A stretch of DNA of 47,148 nt. It comes from Sanchytrium tribonematis (taxonomy: Eukaryota). Positions within the stretch are counted from its first letter, which is position 1, and every line of letters starts with the position of its first letter. Shown in pieces: positions 1-10,443 of this stretch. The position numbers and the translations under genes are program-made. The stretch covers positions 1-47,148 of the forward strand of contig JADGIG010000018.1 in NCBI GenBank assembly GCA_018985235.1, in the 5' to 3' direction. Below the pieces are notes generated by a model. That model was given only the letters and a program-made list of their open reading frames with translations. It had not been told where the DNA came from and did no database searches.

Positions 1-2
1 GG

Positions 3-83
3 TTGGGCGACACTTCAACGTTAGCAGATTCGTCAATTTTAGAAAAAATTGAAGAACGATTATCAGCGACTGCAAAGAAATAA
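3..83 (+). CDS. Acetyl-CoA synthetase, 3' end only (gene starts before the window)
   Basis: Manual translation LGDTSTLADSSILEKIEERLSATAKK* contains the LGDTSTLAD C-terminal motif of acetate-CoA ligases; TAA at 81-83. Confidence 0.75.
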   Translation: MGDTSTLADSSILEKIEERLSATAKK

Positions 84-98
84 AGTTTTAAATTCAAT

Positions 99-359
99 TT
101 ATTTTCTGCCTTTTTTTGGACTGTATTTATAGTTAGGGTGCATTTGGGAATGCAGATTTCTGGCAATTAGCTGACGCTTATCATACTCTGCTCTTTGAGA
201 GTCTGACAATAATTTCCACATATCTGCTGCTTTTCTGATGAGTTCCATTCTTTTTGTAAATCCTTGAGATTGTAATGCAGGTGTTACATCATGTAGAAAT
301 ATGATCCAGCAATTTGGTGGTCTTTTGACCTTATTTAAACTTGTACTTGAGTGTAACAT
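99..359 (-). CDS. Small MATA/ROX1-type HMG-box transcription factor (86 aa)
   Basis: KRPPNCWIIF...W...HPNYKYSPKK is the signature of sequence-specific MATA/SOX-class HMG boxes. Confidence 0.85.
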   Translation of the reverse strand: MLHSSTSLNKVKRPPNCWIIFLHDVTPALQSQGFTKRMELIRKAADMWKLLSDSQRAEYDKRQLIARNLHSQMHPNYKYSPKKGRK

Positions 360-420
360 TAAACAAGGAGATAAGGGAATTTAGGAATTTATTTTTCTCG
401 CCGATCAATAATATTTAATA

Positions 421-1608
421 TCATAATATCTTTTTTAATAGCAAATCATTGTAAGTTCTCAATCTTTTTAACTTGGCTTTTTTGGTAACTGATTTCCTTT
501 TTAATGCGCTGGAAGCAGCTGCCCCATCTGCCTTGTATCCGGAGACACTGGATTGGGTGCTATTAGTAATTGCATTTGAAATTGTTGCTTTAGAATCTTG
601 TCGTGATATTCCAGGTGATTCATTGTCATTCTCTGATACATTATCACGCATGTGATGTGGAAGTACTGGATTTTGTTTCAGTTTATCTGCATCAATGAGA
701 TCTTGATCTACAGTCAAATGGAAATTATCACGAAGATTTCGATAAGAAAGACTTATAGTTTGTTCAGACACATCTAGGGCATTTGCAATATCTACAAGAG
801 ATACACCCTCTATTCCTAATAATTCTAATGCTAGCATAATAGCGCCGCTAGCAATTGTTCTTGGTTTACGAGCGCTAAGATCAGTAACTTGTCGAGCACG
901 CTTCGAAATGCTCTGTGCGACATGTTCAACTTGAGAGGAAAGATTGAGCTCGTTGCACAAGCGAGTCATCAGAGCAGCAGGATCAGCGTCTGGTCTAAGC
1001 TCTATGCGATCTTTTAAAACTGTTCTTTGCATTTCTTGAACAAATCTACCTAATTCGAATTTGTCTACTCTGACTACGTTTGCAATTTCCGAAAACTCTC
1101 TAGAGACACTTTGAGCCCTACAAGCAAGAAATATACAAGCACCTTTCACTGACTGGGGCTTTCTACCCCGAAACTTCTTTGAATCTATAACTAATTTGTA
1201 ATATTCTTTTGCCATATCAATAATCCTCTGTGGTAGAGCCATTTGGTGACAAATGATTTCTATGTCCATTATTCCATCAATAAGTTGCCTGTCAGAGGTA
1301 GCTGTGGCTCTAGTGTGTATTCTTTTTAAAGAGTTACTAGCATCAGCAGATATAGATGTATCCAATAGTCGGTTATTTAAAATAGGGTCTGATGCCATGC
1401 CAACCCTGCTCGGATTTCCCTTTTCATCGCTAAAATTTCTCCACTCTGACTCGGCACTAATGATGCGGTCTCCGACTACCAGTCCGCAACTTGAACAAAT
1501 TAAATCACCTCGTTTATAGTCTTCGATTAGTTCTGTTTTCTCATTGCAGGTGGTACACTTTAAGTAAATGTTTCTGTCGGGACCATTTTTGAATTGAATT
1601 TCCGGCAT
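421..1608 (-). CDS. SUA7: Transcription initiation factor TFIIB
   Basis: Zn ribbon CTTC...CSSCGLV, B-reader SEWRNFS, two cyclin repeats. Confidence 0.95.
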   Translation of the reverse strand: MPEIQFKNGPDRNIYLKCTTCNEKTELIEDYKRGDLICSSCGLVVGDRIISAESEWRNFSDEKGNPSRVGMASDPILNNRLLDTSISADASNSLKRIHTRATATSDRQLIDGIMDIEIICHQMALPQRIIDMAKEYYKLVIDSKKFRGRKPQSVKGACIFLACRAQSVSREFSEIANVVRVDKFELGRFVQEMQRTVLKDRIELRPDADPAALMTRLCNELNLSSQVEHVAQSISKRARQVTDLSARKPRTIASGAIMLALELLGIEGVSLVDIANALDVSEQTISLSYRNLRDNFHLTVDQDLIDADKLKQNPVLPHHMRDNVSENDNESPGISRQDSKATISNAITNSTQSSVSGYKADGAAASSALKRKSVTKKAKLKRLRTYNDLLLKKIL

Positions 1609-1664
1609 CTAGAAACTTTTGTCGTGTTTCCTCCTTTTTTTGTGCTTTATAAAGTTTTGTAACA

Positions 1665-4160
1665 TTATTTATTTCTCGATGACCAAGAATAAACTTCTTT
1701 GTTCAAAAGATTACGGAGTGAAAGCAGCTTTCCGTCGATTTGGAATCCCAAATTTTTAGCGATTTCAATTCCAAATGAGTTATTACAAATTCCTTCTTTT
1801 AACTTTTGGTCAAAAATCACTTCTCCATCATTAGAAATTGTAGCGTCTACTCGAAAGTGTTCGTTTCTCGCTGATAACTTTTCAACATATGCACAAAGTG
1901 CATGAATATGAGTTGCAAAATAAGTTTTAGCTCCAGAACTTTGAAGAGTTTCAAGTAGTACTTTACCAACGACGTATCCATCAGCATAGCTTGTACCTCT
2001 TCCAAATTCATCGATTAGTATCAAGGATTTCGAATTTGCATGCCTCATAATGTCAATAGCTTCTAATGCCTCAATTTCGAATGTACTTTTTCCCTCAAGA
2101 AAATTATCACTTGTACCAATTCTAGTTAATATGCTTTCAACTGGATAAAATGAAAAGCTTGAACCAGGAACGTCGGCTCCAATTTGTGCTAATATTTGAA
2201 ATACGGCAACTGTTTTTAAAAAAGTCGACTTTCCTGCCATGTTTGGACCTGATATAGTTTGAATCACGTTGCTATTTTTGTTGTCATTGGGAACCAAATC
2301 TTGGAAGCTTTTCTGACAAGATAGAAATAACAAGGGATGTAAAGCGTCCTTCATAATATGTCCTGAGTTAGTCTCGCTCACAAATGGAGTCGTCCACGTA
2401 TAATTTTCAGGAGTGCTCTCGGCTATATTTGACAAGCATATTGCAACGTCGATATCAGAAATAATTTGTTCCAATTCTGCCACTTCTGACCTATTCGCAA
2501 CGATCTTTTCTTTAACTTGATGCATGAGTTCGCTTTTGAAACTATCAATTTTATGTTTGATGTCTAAATATTCATTGTAAAGAGACCTATATTGGTCAAA
2601 TATGATTTTTTTATCGGATTTTGAAATAATCTTATATTTAAATTTCTTTTCTTTGGAAACCATTTCATTCGGAGTTAAATTGGCTTTCAGATATTCTGTA
2701 GGCTCCTCAGAATCGTAGAATGTCACGAACATGCCATCTTTGCCAAGATCGAATATAAAATCATTAATGCTGGAAATGCAGTCGCTATATTTACTGCAAA
2801 AATCTTGAAGAACTTGATTTGTGGTAGATTTTCGAATATTTCCATTCAAATCAAAGTCGTTTAATAATTCTGGAGTAAGATTAATCTTCAGAGCTGAAAT
2901 CGATTTAACCCAATTGTCAACTGTTTCTTTTTCAGTTGTAACATGATTGTTTAAAAGATCTTTTTTGAGATAGTTATTAAGGTTGTTTAAGTTATAATTG
3001 TAATTCACAAAAGTTGTGAGCCATTTTGTTAAATCATGTTTTTTGCCACTGGTGCATATCGATAAAAATCTATTAAGTTTCAAAGAGTTCAAACCAGAAA
3101 GAAAAGTCTGAATAGTAAAAATGGCGCCGTTTTTCCCAGCTTTTATAGATTTAAACACATTGACTTCTTGCTGCTTGCATATTATGTCGTTGTAATCAAC
3201 AAAAGGCTTTGTAATCCTCAATTTCAAGTCTCCGTATCCTTGCCTAGTTTTTGTTGTATCAATAAGTTTTATAATATCGGGTAAATTTAATGCATCCTGT
3301 GAGTAATAGGGAATGTACATACGACCAGCGCTTTTTTTTGAGTGAAAGAAAGATTTCACATCATTTTCAGATGCATTGGGGAGGGTCCACCTTAAATAAT
3401 TTCGAAGACCGTTTTCAGCTGAAAATTCGTTTTGATCTTTAAAATTGTCTGCAGAAATTGGAGTAACGACTGCATTTAATTTGTCTTGAACAAATTTCAC
3501 TACACGCTGAACAACTTTGTCTTCGCTCGAATATTTGAGGATGTTATTCACGGCATTAAAAGGCCCACGGAAGCCTAATTCTTGCTCCACAGTCATTTGA
3601 GAAGAAAGCTCGTCTCCGCATAAACTAATAGCACCGCACAACAACTTGCTATCTACGATTAGTTCGCTTGGCATTTTTTTGGCCAAAAAGTCGATCATAT
3701 CTTTTGGATTTTTGTCAACAATAATTTTCTCAGCAATTTTAGTTTCAAAATCGACCACTAAAAACTCTACCTTTTGGTTTGAGACTACCATAGAACAAAT
3801 CGGGCCAAAATTTAAATCTGTATGTAGAGAAACCAATCCAGGGGAAATAACTTTATCCAATTTTCTAGTCATTAAATTTGTTTTTGAATCAATGCCACAT
3901 TGCGGAATAATAGCAAGACGAAGTCTTCGCTTTAAAATGGACTCAATTGATTGCTCATAGCTCCCTTTGATCGGAAATCCGGCCATCTGTATTTCTGGCA
4001 CCTTTCGTTGTACAATTTTAAAGCCCAAAATATCATTTGCAATTCCAGCATCTTTGCCGACAAATTCATAAAAACTACCCATTTGGATTGCTCGAACACA
4101 CTGTGGGTAGTTTTTAAAAGCTGATCGATAAATGTTATAACTGGATGCAACTTTGGACAT
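1665..4160 (-). CDS. MSH1: MutS-family mismatch repair ATPase, probably mitochondrial Msh1
   Basis: QMGSFYE mismatch-binding motif, MAGFP, Walker A SGPNMAGKST, DEFGRGTS, FATH; first ATG at 4160 (track start at 4166 is TTG). Confidence 0.8.
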   Translation of the reverse strand: MSKVASSYNIYRSAFKNYPQCVRAIQMGSFYEFVGKDAGIANDILGFKIVQRKVPEIQMAGFPIKGSYEQSIESILKRRLRLAIIPQCGIDSKTNLMTRKLDKVISPGLVSLHTDLNFGPICSMVVSNQKVEFLVVDFETKIAEKIIVDKNPKDMIDFLAKKMPSELIVDSKLLCGAISLCGDELSSQMTVEQELGFRGPFNAVNNILKYSSEDKVVQRVVKFVQDKLNAVVTPISADNFKDQNEFSAENGLRNYLRWTLPNASENDVKSFFHSKKSAGRMYIPYYSQDALNLPDIIKLIDTTKTRQGYGDLKLRITKPFVDYNDIICKQQEVNVFKSIKAGKNGAIFTIQTFLSGLNSLKLNRFLSICTSGKKHDLTKWLTTFVNYNYNLNNLNNYLKKDLLNNHVTTEKETVDNWVKSISALKINLTPELLNDFDLNGNIRKSTTNQVLQDFCSKYSDCISSINDFIFDLGKDGMFVTFYDSEEPTEYLKANLTPNEMVSKEKKFKYKIISKSDKKIIFDQYRSLYNEYLDIKHKIDSFKSELMHQVKEKIVANRSEVAELEQIISDIDVAICLSNIAESTPENYTWTTPFVSETNSGHIMKDALHPLLFLSCQKSFQDLVPNDNKNSNVIQTISGPNMAGKSTFLKTVAVFQILAQIGADVPGSSFSFYPVESILTRIGTSDNFLEGKSTFEIEALEAIDIMRHANSKSLILIDEFGRGTSYADGYVVGKVLLETLQSSGAKTYFATHIHALCAYVEKLSARNEHFRVDATISNDGEVIFDQKLKEGICNNSFGIEIAKNLGFQIDGKLLSLRNLLNKEVYSWSSRNK

Positions 4161-4227
4161 CCCCAAAGTTTTAAAACAATTAAATTGAGATCTGTCAAAT
4201 TTATTATTTACACTTTAAATCAAATAA

Positions 4228-4734
4228 TCATAAAAGCTCCATAATCAAGCAATCTCTCCAAGATAATCTAGTGCCTACTTCTTTTAGTAACGGGCTAAAT
4301 TCTTCAATATTAAGAGTTTTAAGCTCACTAATTATTTTTCTTAAACGTGGATAGGATTCATCCACACAGACATAACTTAAAAGATCGACAGCATCATAAA
4401 ACGATCTGCTTTTCATAATCTCTCCAATAACTTGAAGGAAAGACTGATGAAATGGTATAGTGGTAAATATAAGCTCAGCAGTATCTGCGATCGACCAATT
4501 CTCAGTAACAAATGCTATTACCTGCGAGAGCTGAGAATGATCACTTAATGTGTCTAAAGTACGGCATAGGTATAGTCTAATCTCATTCATATTATATGGA
4601 TCGGTAACCCATTCTACAAATTCTGTGCCAAATTGTCGATCCATACTAACAAGTCTCTGTCTCACGTCAGTACCACTGAAATGAGTTTCTATTTTGCTCT
4701 TCATTGTTTGAATTAATAATTGTGGAAGAAACAT
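4228..4734 (-). CDS. Hypothetical helical protein
   Basis: Open frame; first in-frame ATG at 4734 (MFLPQLL); no motif recognised. Confidence 0.6.
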   Translation of the reverse strand: MFLPQLLIQTMKSKIETHFSGTDVRQRLVSMDRQFGTEFVEWVTDPYNMNEIRLYLCRTLDTLSDHSQLSQVIAFVTENWSIADTAELIFTTIPFHQSFLQVIGEIMKSRSFYDAVDLLSYVCVDESYPRLRKIISELKTLNIEEFSPLLKEVGTRLSWRDCLIMELL

Positions 4735-5018
4735 CTTTATAGCACGACTGAGGGCGATTGTGATGTGCGATTGGTGCAATGCCTATCGACGTATCGTAAC
4801 TGTTGGTGAAATTGACTGCTGAAAATCGCCCGGATTACGCAACCGATACAACGCAACTGAGACAATTAAAATGACTTGGCGCAATGGGGCGCCCAAAAAG
4901 CTCGTAGTGATGTTGTTTTGGCAATAAAAGATTGCCGGTTTGGCGTATGCAGGTATACGTGATGTGATTGTCCAGTTTAATTAAACTGAGGCTATGTGAG
5001 ATGCAATTACTAACAAAT

Positions 5019-5180
<162 letters not shown>

Positions 5181-5334
5181 TCAATTTCAAGGAGTAACTT
5201 TGTATCATTGTGCTTTCATCATCTGCAAGTAATGGTTTGATTGTTTACAGGACACAAGTAACCTTTGGTCATGATATTTGTCTTGTGTCATCTTTTTGTT
5301 TGCAAGGTCATGGTGCTTTACCCCTTGAAGATTT

Positions 5335-6324
5335 ATGCCATCCACAGAGCTAGCAGAAATTGCATTACCAGCGAGCTCGCACATAAGAAACGAAGAAACT
5401 CTCCGAAGCGAGACAGATTTGCAAATTTTTAGATCCTATCTGTTATCTAAAACTCTTAGTCATTCAAATATGAAAGTTCCATTGAATTTTTCTTCGGCTC
5501 CTGTTAGTAGACACAGCTCAATAATTGAAGCAGCTGATGCGGATACATTTTCAGAATATAATGCATGGACAGCCCCAGAGAAACCAAGGAGAATGAGCTT
5601 GCCTGGTGGTACTGAAAAATTGAGGCAAATGGTATTTCAAAGAGTCGACGTCAGAAAGCAATTTTCTTATTTAGATTTCGAGAGCCACGTACGACAGTAC
5701 ACTAAGCGTCATCAGAAAACGGTTTGGGAGAAATTCTTCAACAAATCGACTATGAGAGATACAAACGCTAACCTTGTGAAAAAATATGGCATTCTTGAAA
5801 TTTTATCTTCAAAAATAGCAAGCTTATATTTTTTAGCGTTTCTTTTAGAAAGAGGTCTCGAATCAACAGCTTTATTTATTTGGGATTGCTTACGTCCTGA
5901 GTCAGAAGCTCCGATGACAACTCTAGTTCATGACTATTGTTTAAAGGATTCGCCTTTGCTTTTGCCACAAATCGAAAATGTCAATTATGAAAAGATTGCC
6001 AGCCAAAGTCTTAATCGAGATGACTTGATAATTTCTGTTTCTCGTGCCATCTCTCCACTACTAATTGCGGCGTACGATCTTTTTCTTGGAAGCACGCTCT
6101 TTTTAAGTTTTGAGTCTTTAGGGAAACAAGGATCTTACACTAAAAAAGATCAAGACATTGCTGTGAAAACCCTAGCCAGATATTTGGGTGCATATTCAGA
6201 TGGTCAGATAAAAGTTAATGCAAAAATTGAGAAAAGGCTACAAAAGTCTTTAAATAAAGACACGAAAGGACTTTCTAGAGATTCAGGTGTTCCTTCTGTT
6301 CAGAACTTTTTGGTTCAAATTTAG
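5335..6324 (+). CDS. Hypothetical protein, possible RGS-like domain
   Basis: 329-aa ORF; ILSSKIASLYFLAFL...ALFIWD...YCLKDSP weakly resembles RGS helices. Confidence 0.5.
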   Translation: MPSTELAEIALPASSHIRNEETLRSETDLQIFRSYLLSKTLSHSNMKVPLNFSSAPVSRHSSIIEAADADTFSEYNAWTAPEKPRRMSLPGGTEKLRQMVFQRVDVRKQFSYLDFESHVRQYTKRHQKTVWEKFFNKSTMRDTNANLVKKYGILEILSSKIASLYFLAFLLERGLESTALFIWDCLRPESEAPMTTLVHDYCLKDSPLLLPQIENVNYEKIASQSLNRDDLIISVSRAISPLLIAAYDLFLGSTLFLSFESLGKQGSYTKKDQDIAVKTLARYLGAYSDGQIKVNAKIEKRLQKSLNKDTKGLSRDSGVPSVQNFLVQI

Positions 6325-6355
6325 TAAACTAATTATATTTTACTGAATAACTTGT

Positions 6356-7329
6356 TTAATGATAAAACTCTTGATTAAATTCTTGTGGGTCATAAACGTC
6401 AGTTATATTCTGATTCTGGAACTGAGTTCTATGCTGAAAGGAGAAACTTTCACCGTAACTTTCAGGTGGTGGAAACCAGGGCTGATGAGATTCGATGTAT
6501 TGGCCCTTTTCATAAATACAAGGCTCGGGTTGACTTTGCGAAATATATGCCCGAGGAGCACCAGAATATGGAGAATAGGGTATCTGGGGTATTGGATTAA
6601 AATTTAAAAAATCCATATGGAGATGTTCAAAAACTGGGGTGGTGTCTGCAGTGGATGGAGTTGGACACTGAGAATTATACTGAGATGTATTCAAGCTAAT
6701 TGAAGGTATGCGACTTTCGAAATTTTCACGAAAATTTTCGGGATCGTTGCTCTCGATTGGATTAGGTGGTGGAGGTAACATCTTAAACTGAGAAGTTTCA
6801 TTAGAAGCTGGCTTCAGAGAGTAGTTTGATTTTGGATTCGTGTGATGATTTTCTCCATATGGCAAATTTTGCTTAATCTTCTGCGTCATATTCATATGGG
6901 AATATTTTGGTGCGAGATTATGGAATCCAAATTTCAGCAAGAAGTGCGGTAGATCCTAAATTAAAAAAATATAACTTCTTTTGGGATAAAGTCTAATAAA
7001 AAGTCATAATGGTCACTTTTTAATAATGCTGCACTTATATCATTTCGTTGTAAAGTTCTTCTTTTGCCTTCCTGAGCAGAAAGCCAGGCTCTCGAGGTAA
7101 GTTCTTGAACAAATAATTCACAAGCTTTAGAGCAAATTAACGGGGCATCGGTACTTATAACTAAGCCTGAAAATGTTTCTGTAAGAATCGTCATTGCCTT
7201 TTTTACTCTTGCCAAAGGCATCGGATATGCAGTACCTTTTCTTTCAGAGAGCTTCCCAGAGTACGCCTCCTCTCTTTTACGTTTCCAAAATGCATTCGTT
7301 AATGCATTGTAGTGACTGGAGGAATACAT
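6356..7329 (-). CDS. HAP5: NF-YC/Hap5-like CCAAT-binding histone-fold subunit; 2 exons (7329-6976, 6955-6356), 317 aa
   Basis: PLARVKKAM...DAPLICSKACELFVQELTSRAW...KRRTLQRNDI...DFLLDFIP; removing a 20-nt intron joins it in frame to ORF 6356-6940; start 7329 inferred. Confidence 0.8.
6956..6975 (-). other. 20-nt spliceosomal intron
   Basis: GTTATATTTTTTTAATTTAG; phase 0, joins IPKE|DLPHF in frame; the only GTT donor, and exon 2 has no recognised homology. Confidence 0.7.
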
Positions 7330-7605
7330 TGTGGGCTTTCGAACAATGGCTTGATCCAATATATAAAAGACGCCAAAGACCACAAGAGCAAAAGAATTTG
7401 CCCCGAACCAACCGGTTGTCACTAACTCATCGCCAAATAGTTGCCATTTTTGCCCAATTTCAATGAATCACTAAATTCGCGAATTATTTGTGATTTCGAG
7501 CCAATGAATGATAGATAATTATTTTAGGATTAATTATAGGAAAATCTTAACTATTGCTATTCATGCAGAACAATTCTTATCTTGTATCCCCTTGATATTT
7601 TTAAA

Positions 7606-8352
7606 ATGTCGTTTCATGGATATTATAATCGGCAGCACGCAAATTCTCGTAGATATGTACCCAAATATATTTCAGAAGATATATCGGACTCAGATCGTCA
7701 CTATAAACCTAATGCTTATGGAAAACAGAGCGAAAGACATTATTTCGAAGATGTAAATGACTCTGTTCACTCACTAGACCCAAGAAAATCAACTTATTTT
7801 CAAGAAGTATTTATTAAAAATGAATTTCCCAATTTAAAAGTAGTAAACTTGGAGACTCTTGTGCCTATAAATCAAGACAATCTCACGCCAATTTTACATA
7901 AATATCACCCAGACTCATATGTAACTATCAAATACCAATATATTGCTATAATGTTTAAACAAGAACTCATAGAAAGTATTAATTTTAAGATTGATAAAAA
8001 GAGAAACGAAATAATAATCTCTGGTTTTGTTAAATTCCCCAATATTCTTGACCTGGGTAGAAAAAACACAAGGGCAATGAAGCTTCATTCTGATCAAGAA
8101 TGGTTTGGAATAAAGCCAAACTATCCTTTCACAAATCTCGAGACTTCTGTAAGAACAAAATTTTGCAGGGTTCTCAAATTTGAATACAATATCGTCAAAC
8201 CGGCATACCTTTACACCCAAGTCCATGAAGGAGAATTTTTAAGAATCAAGGAGCATCCTCCTTATGGATCCTGGCCTCCAAATAATACTCAATCAAAATT
8301 AAAATATGTAATTTTTGCAAAAGATGAATTTGCCCTAAGAAATAAAAACTAG
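7606..8352 (+). CDS. Hypothetical protein
   Basis: ORF with AAAATG start at 7606; 3' end overlaps the cullin stop codon. Confidence 0.65.
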   Translation: MSFHGYYNRQHANSRRYVPKYISEDISDSDRHYKPNAYGKQSERHYFEDVNDSVHSLDPRKSTYFQEVFIKNEFPNLKVVNLETLVPINQDNLTPILHKYHPDSYVTIKYQYIAIMFKQELIESINFKIDKKRNEIIISGFVKFPNILDLGRKNTRAMKLHSDQEWFGIKPNYPFTNLETSVRTKFCRVLKFEYNIVKPAYLYTQVHEGEFLRIKEHPPYGSWPPNNTQSKLKYVIFAKDEFALRNKN

Positions 8353-10416
8353 CATATTAAAGTCTACCTCATCCCGTTTTATATACTGCCTTTCTATTAA
8401 GGAATCGATGGACTCTTTGATTGAAGTCAAATTCGGCTTAAATTGCTTTAAGGAGGAGCTGATTACTTCAGCTACTAATTTCGAGTGTGGAATAATTTTT
8501 CTTTCTTTCATAATCTTAGCAATCAGAGCCATTAAATAATATTTTCGATCTTGTTTAATTTGGTTTGAAATATCTTCTGCTTCAACATTCGATTCTAAGA
8601 TAAAGGGAATTTTAATTAAAAACTTTTTTGGTTGAAATTTCATGTTCAAAATTATTGAATTACCCTGCTCTAGAACGATACCCAATGCTGCCAGACTTTT
8701 CAAGTACGTTTTGTCGCCTACTTCTTTGAATTGGTTGCATGAAATTGAATCTAAGAGGTAAAAACAAGGAAGGGGGCAGTCAATTTCAAAGCTTGCTTCT
8801 AAAGAACACTTCAAAATTACTCGAGAAAGTTGATGGTGCCATTTAAGACGTCTCCCATTGTGTAAATCATTATAATATTTAGAAAATTCATCAACCTGAG
8901 CCTTGTACAGATTGGGTGGAAGTATCTCTTGAGAAGTTTCCGACACTGGCCACGAACCAGTTGTTAAAATTGTAGATGAAAAATCATTTCCCTTGAAATT
9001 CCGGCTTAAATCTGCAGAAATATCAACATCTTGAAGCATTTTCTGAAGTTTGACAGTATATTCTTGACCGTTTATCTTTTGAAATTCAAGAATTTGGGCG
9101 CTTTCCAATTCCTTTATGCTTACACCGCCATTTAGCAATCTTTTTGAGAGAAGCTTGCTATAATGCAACAAAAATAGATCCTTATCAGTCACATAGCGGA
9201 AAAAATCTACTGCGATTGGCAGATATTCAACATCCTTACGTTTGCGAATAATATAATCAAAGTATTTCGCGAGGTAAGTAGCGATATTCATAGGCATTTG
9301 AGTTGAATTTAAAAAAATAACAAAGCCTTGGTCCACTGCAGCAAAGCAATCGGCATTATTTTGAAAAGCAATCTTAATGTATTCTTCAAATATAGTTTTC
9401 AAACCCTTACAGTCCAAAATAAATTTAGTAGGATCTTGTAGCAAAGTGCTAGAATGTTTACGAATAATTTCTGAACCTTTATAATCAACTTGTTGGCTCA
9501 ATCCACGTTTCAAAAATTCAATTCCATTTTCAAGTCTATTTAACAATAAAAACGCAACTTCAGAGTTTTCATGATCTAACTTTTGAATAAAAGACGGAAG
9601 GCATGCTACTATCTCCTCTCTTATAGGCTCCACCAAAATTGAATTAATTAGTCCTTGATACTTTGGAAACGTAATTTCAATTAAAAGACTTTCTGCCAGT
9701 TTGTCTTCTGCTTTGATCGTCTTCAATACTTGATTCATCTTCAATATGATCTCTATATTATTGAAGGACAACTTCGTATTTCGATAATAAATTTCTGTTT
9801 CTGACAAAAACGATTCCTCGAAATTAATCTCATAATAATAAAATGGACTTCCTGTTTGTAAACCGACGTCATAAAAAGAATGAACAGCAGACTTTAATCT
9901 GTTTAGATTCAAAGAATGAAATGAGTCAACTTGGCCTCTTAAATTTTTAATCTCTTGAATGCAAACTCTTGAGAATTGGTTTCCTACATTCATTTTTTGT
10001 AATAAATTGTATTCCCAAAAATGCAAACCAAGTCCAAATATATTCATCCTTTGATAATTTCCGATTCTAGAGCTCGATTTGTCGTCAAATTCATCTTCAT
10101 GTTCACTTACAAAGTCGTGGCTTCTTGTAATGATTTTATTAAGCCCAACACATACTTTATCAAGAATCAAAATAGCGTGATAATATCTTTCCCAATAATC
10201 GCTGTATTCAAGCAATTCGACATCTGTTTGTTCTAGGGTATACAATGTTTTGTTACAAAAATTTTCCAAGTATTTTGCTAATTCTTGATAAAGAGTTTCA
10301 TGCCTCTCGGCTCTTATGCATTCATAAACTGATTTATATATTTTCATAAAATAAGGCTTTTCTTTTGAATGTAATAAGTTGTGTAAATGGCAAAGCACAA
10401 TTTCAATAAATTCCAT
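8335..10416 (-). CDS. Cullin (Cul1/Cul2-like) E3 ligase scaffold
   Basis: DKDLFLLHYSKLLSKRLL, KLQKMLQD, LTTGSWP, GRRLKW, neddylation motif IAKIMKERK, LIERQYIKR. Confidence 0.93.
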   Translation of the reverse strand: MEFIEIVLCHLHNLLHSKEKPYFMKIYKSVYECIRAERHETLYQELAKYLENFCNKTLYTLEQTDVELLEYSDYWERYYHAILILDKVCVGLNKIITRSHDFVSEHEDEFDDKSSSRIGNYQRMNIFGLGLHFWEYNLLQKMNVGNQFSRVCIQEIKNLRGQVDSFHSLNLNRLKSAVHSFYDVGLQTGSPFYYYEINFEESFLSETEIYYRNTKLSFNNIEIILKMNQVLKTIKAEDKLAESLLIEITFPKYQGLINSILVEPIREEIVACLPSFIQKLDHENSEVAFLLLNRLENGIEFLKRGLSQQVDYKGSEIIRKHSSTLLQDPTKFILDCKGLKTIFEEYIKIAFQNNADCFAAVDQGFVIFLNSTQMPMNIATYLAKYFDYIIRKRKDVEYLPIAVDFFRYVTDKDLFLLHYSKLLSKRLLNGGVSIKELESAQILEFQKINGQEYTVKLQKMLQDVDISADLSRNFKGNDFSSTILTTGSWPVSETSQEILPPNLYKAQVDEFSKYYNDLHNGRRLKWHHQLSRVILKCSLEASFEIDCPLPCFYLLDSISCNQFKEVGDKTYLKSLAALGIVLEQGNSIILNMKFQPKKFLIKIPFILESNVEAEDISNQIKQDRKYYLMALIAKIMKERKIIPHSKLVAEVISSSLKQFKPNLTSIKESIDSLIERQYIKRDEVDFNMLVFIS

Positions 10417-10443
10417 GATATACTTGTTTTAAAAAAGATTTAC

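Noticed and set aside
1665..4160. Bacterial or viral horizontally acquired MutS
   Set aside because: Motifs fit fungal mitochondrial Msh1, there is no HNH or other nuclease fusion, and composition matches neighbouring genes
4815..4900. RNase MRP-like words GAAAATCGCCC and CAATGGGGCG
   Set aside because: Imperfect match to CR-I/CR-V and too close together for an MRP or RNase P RNA
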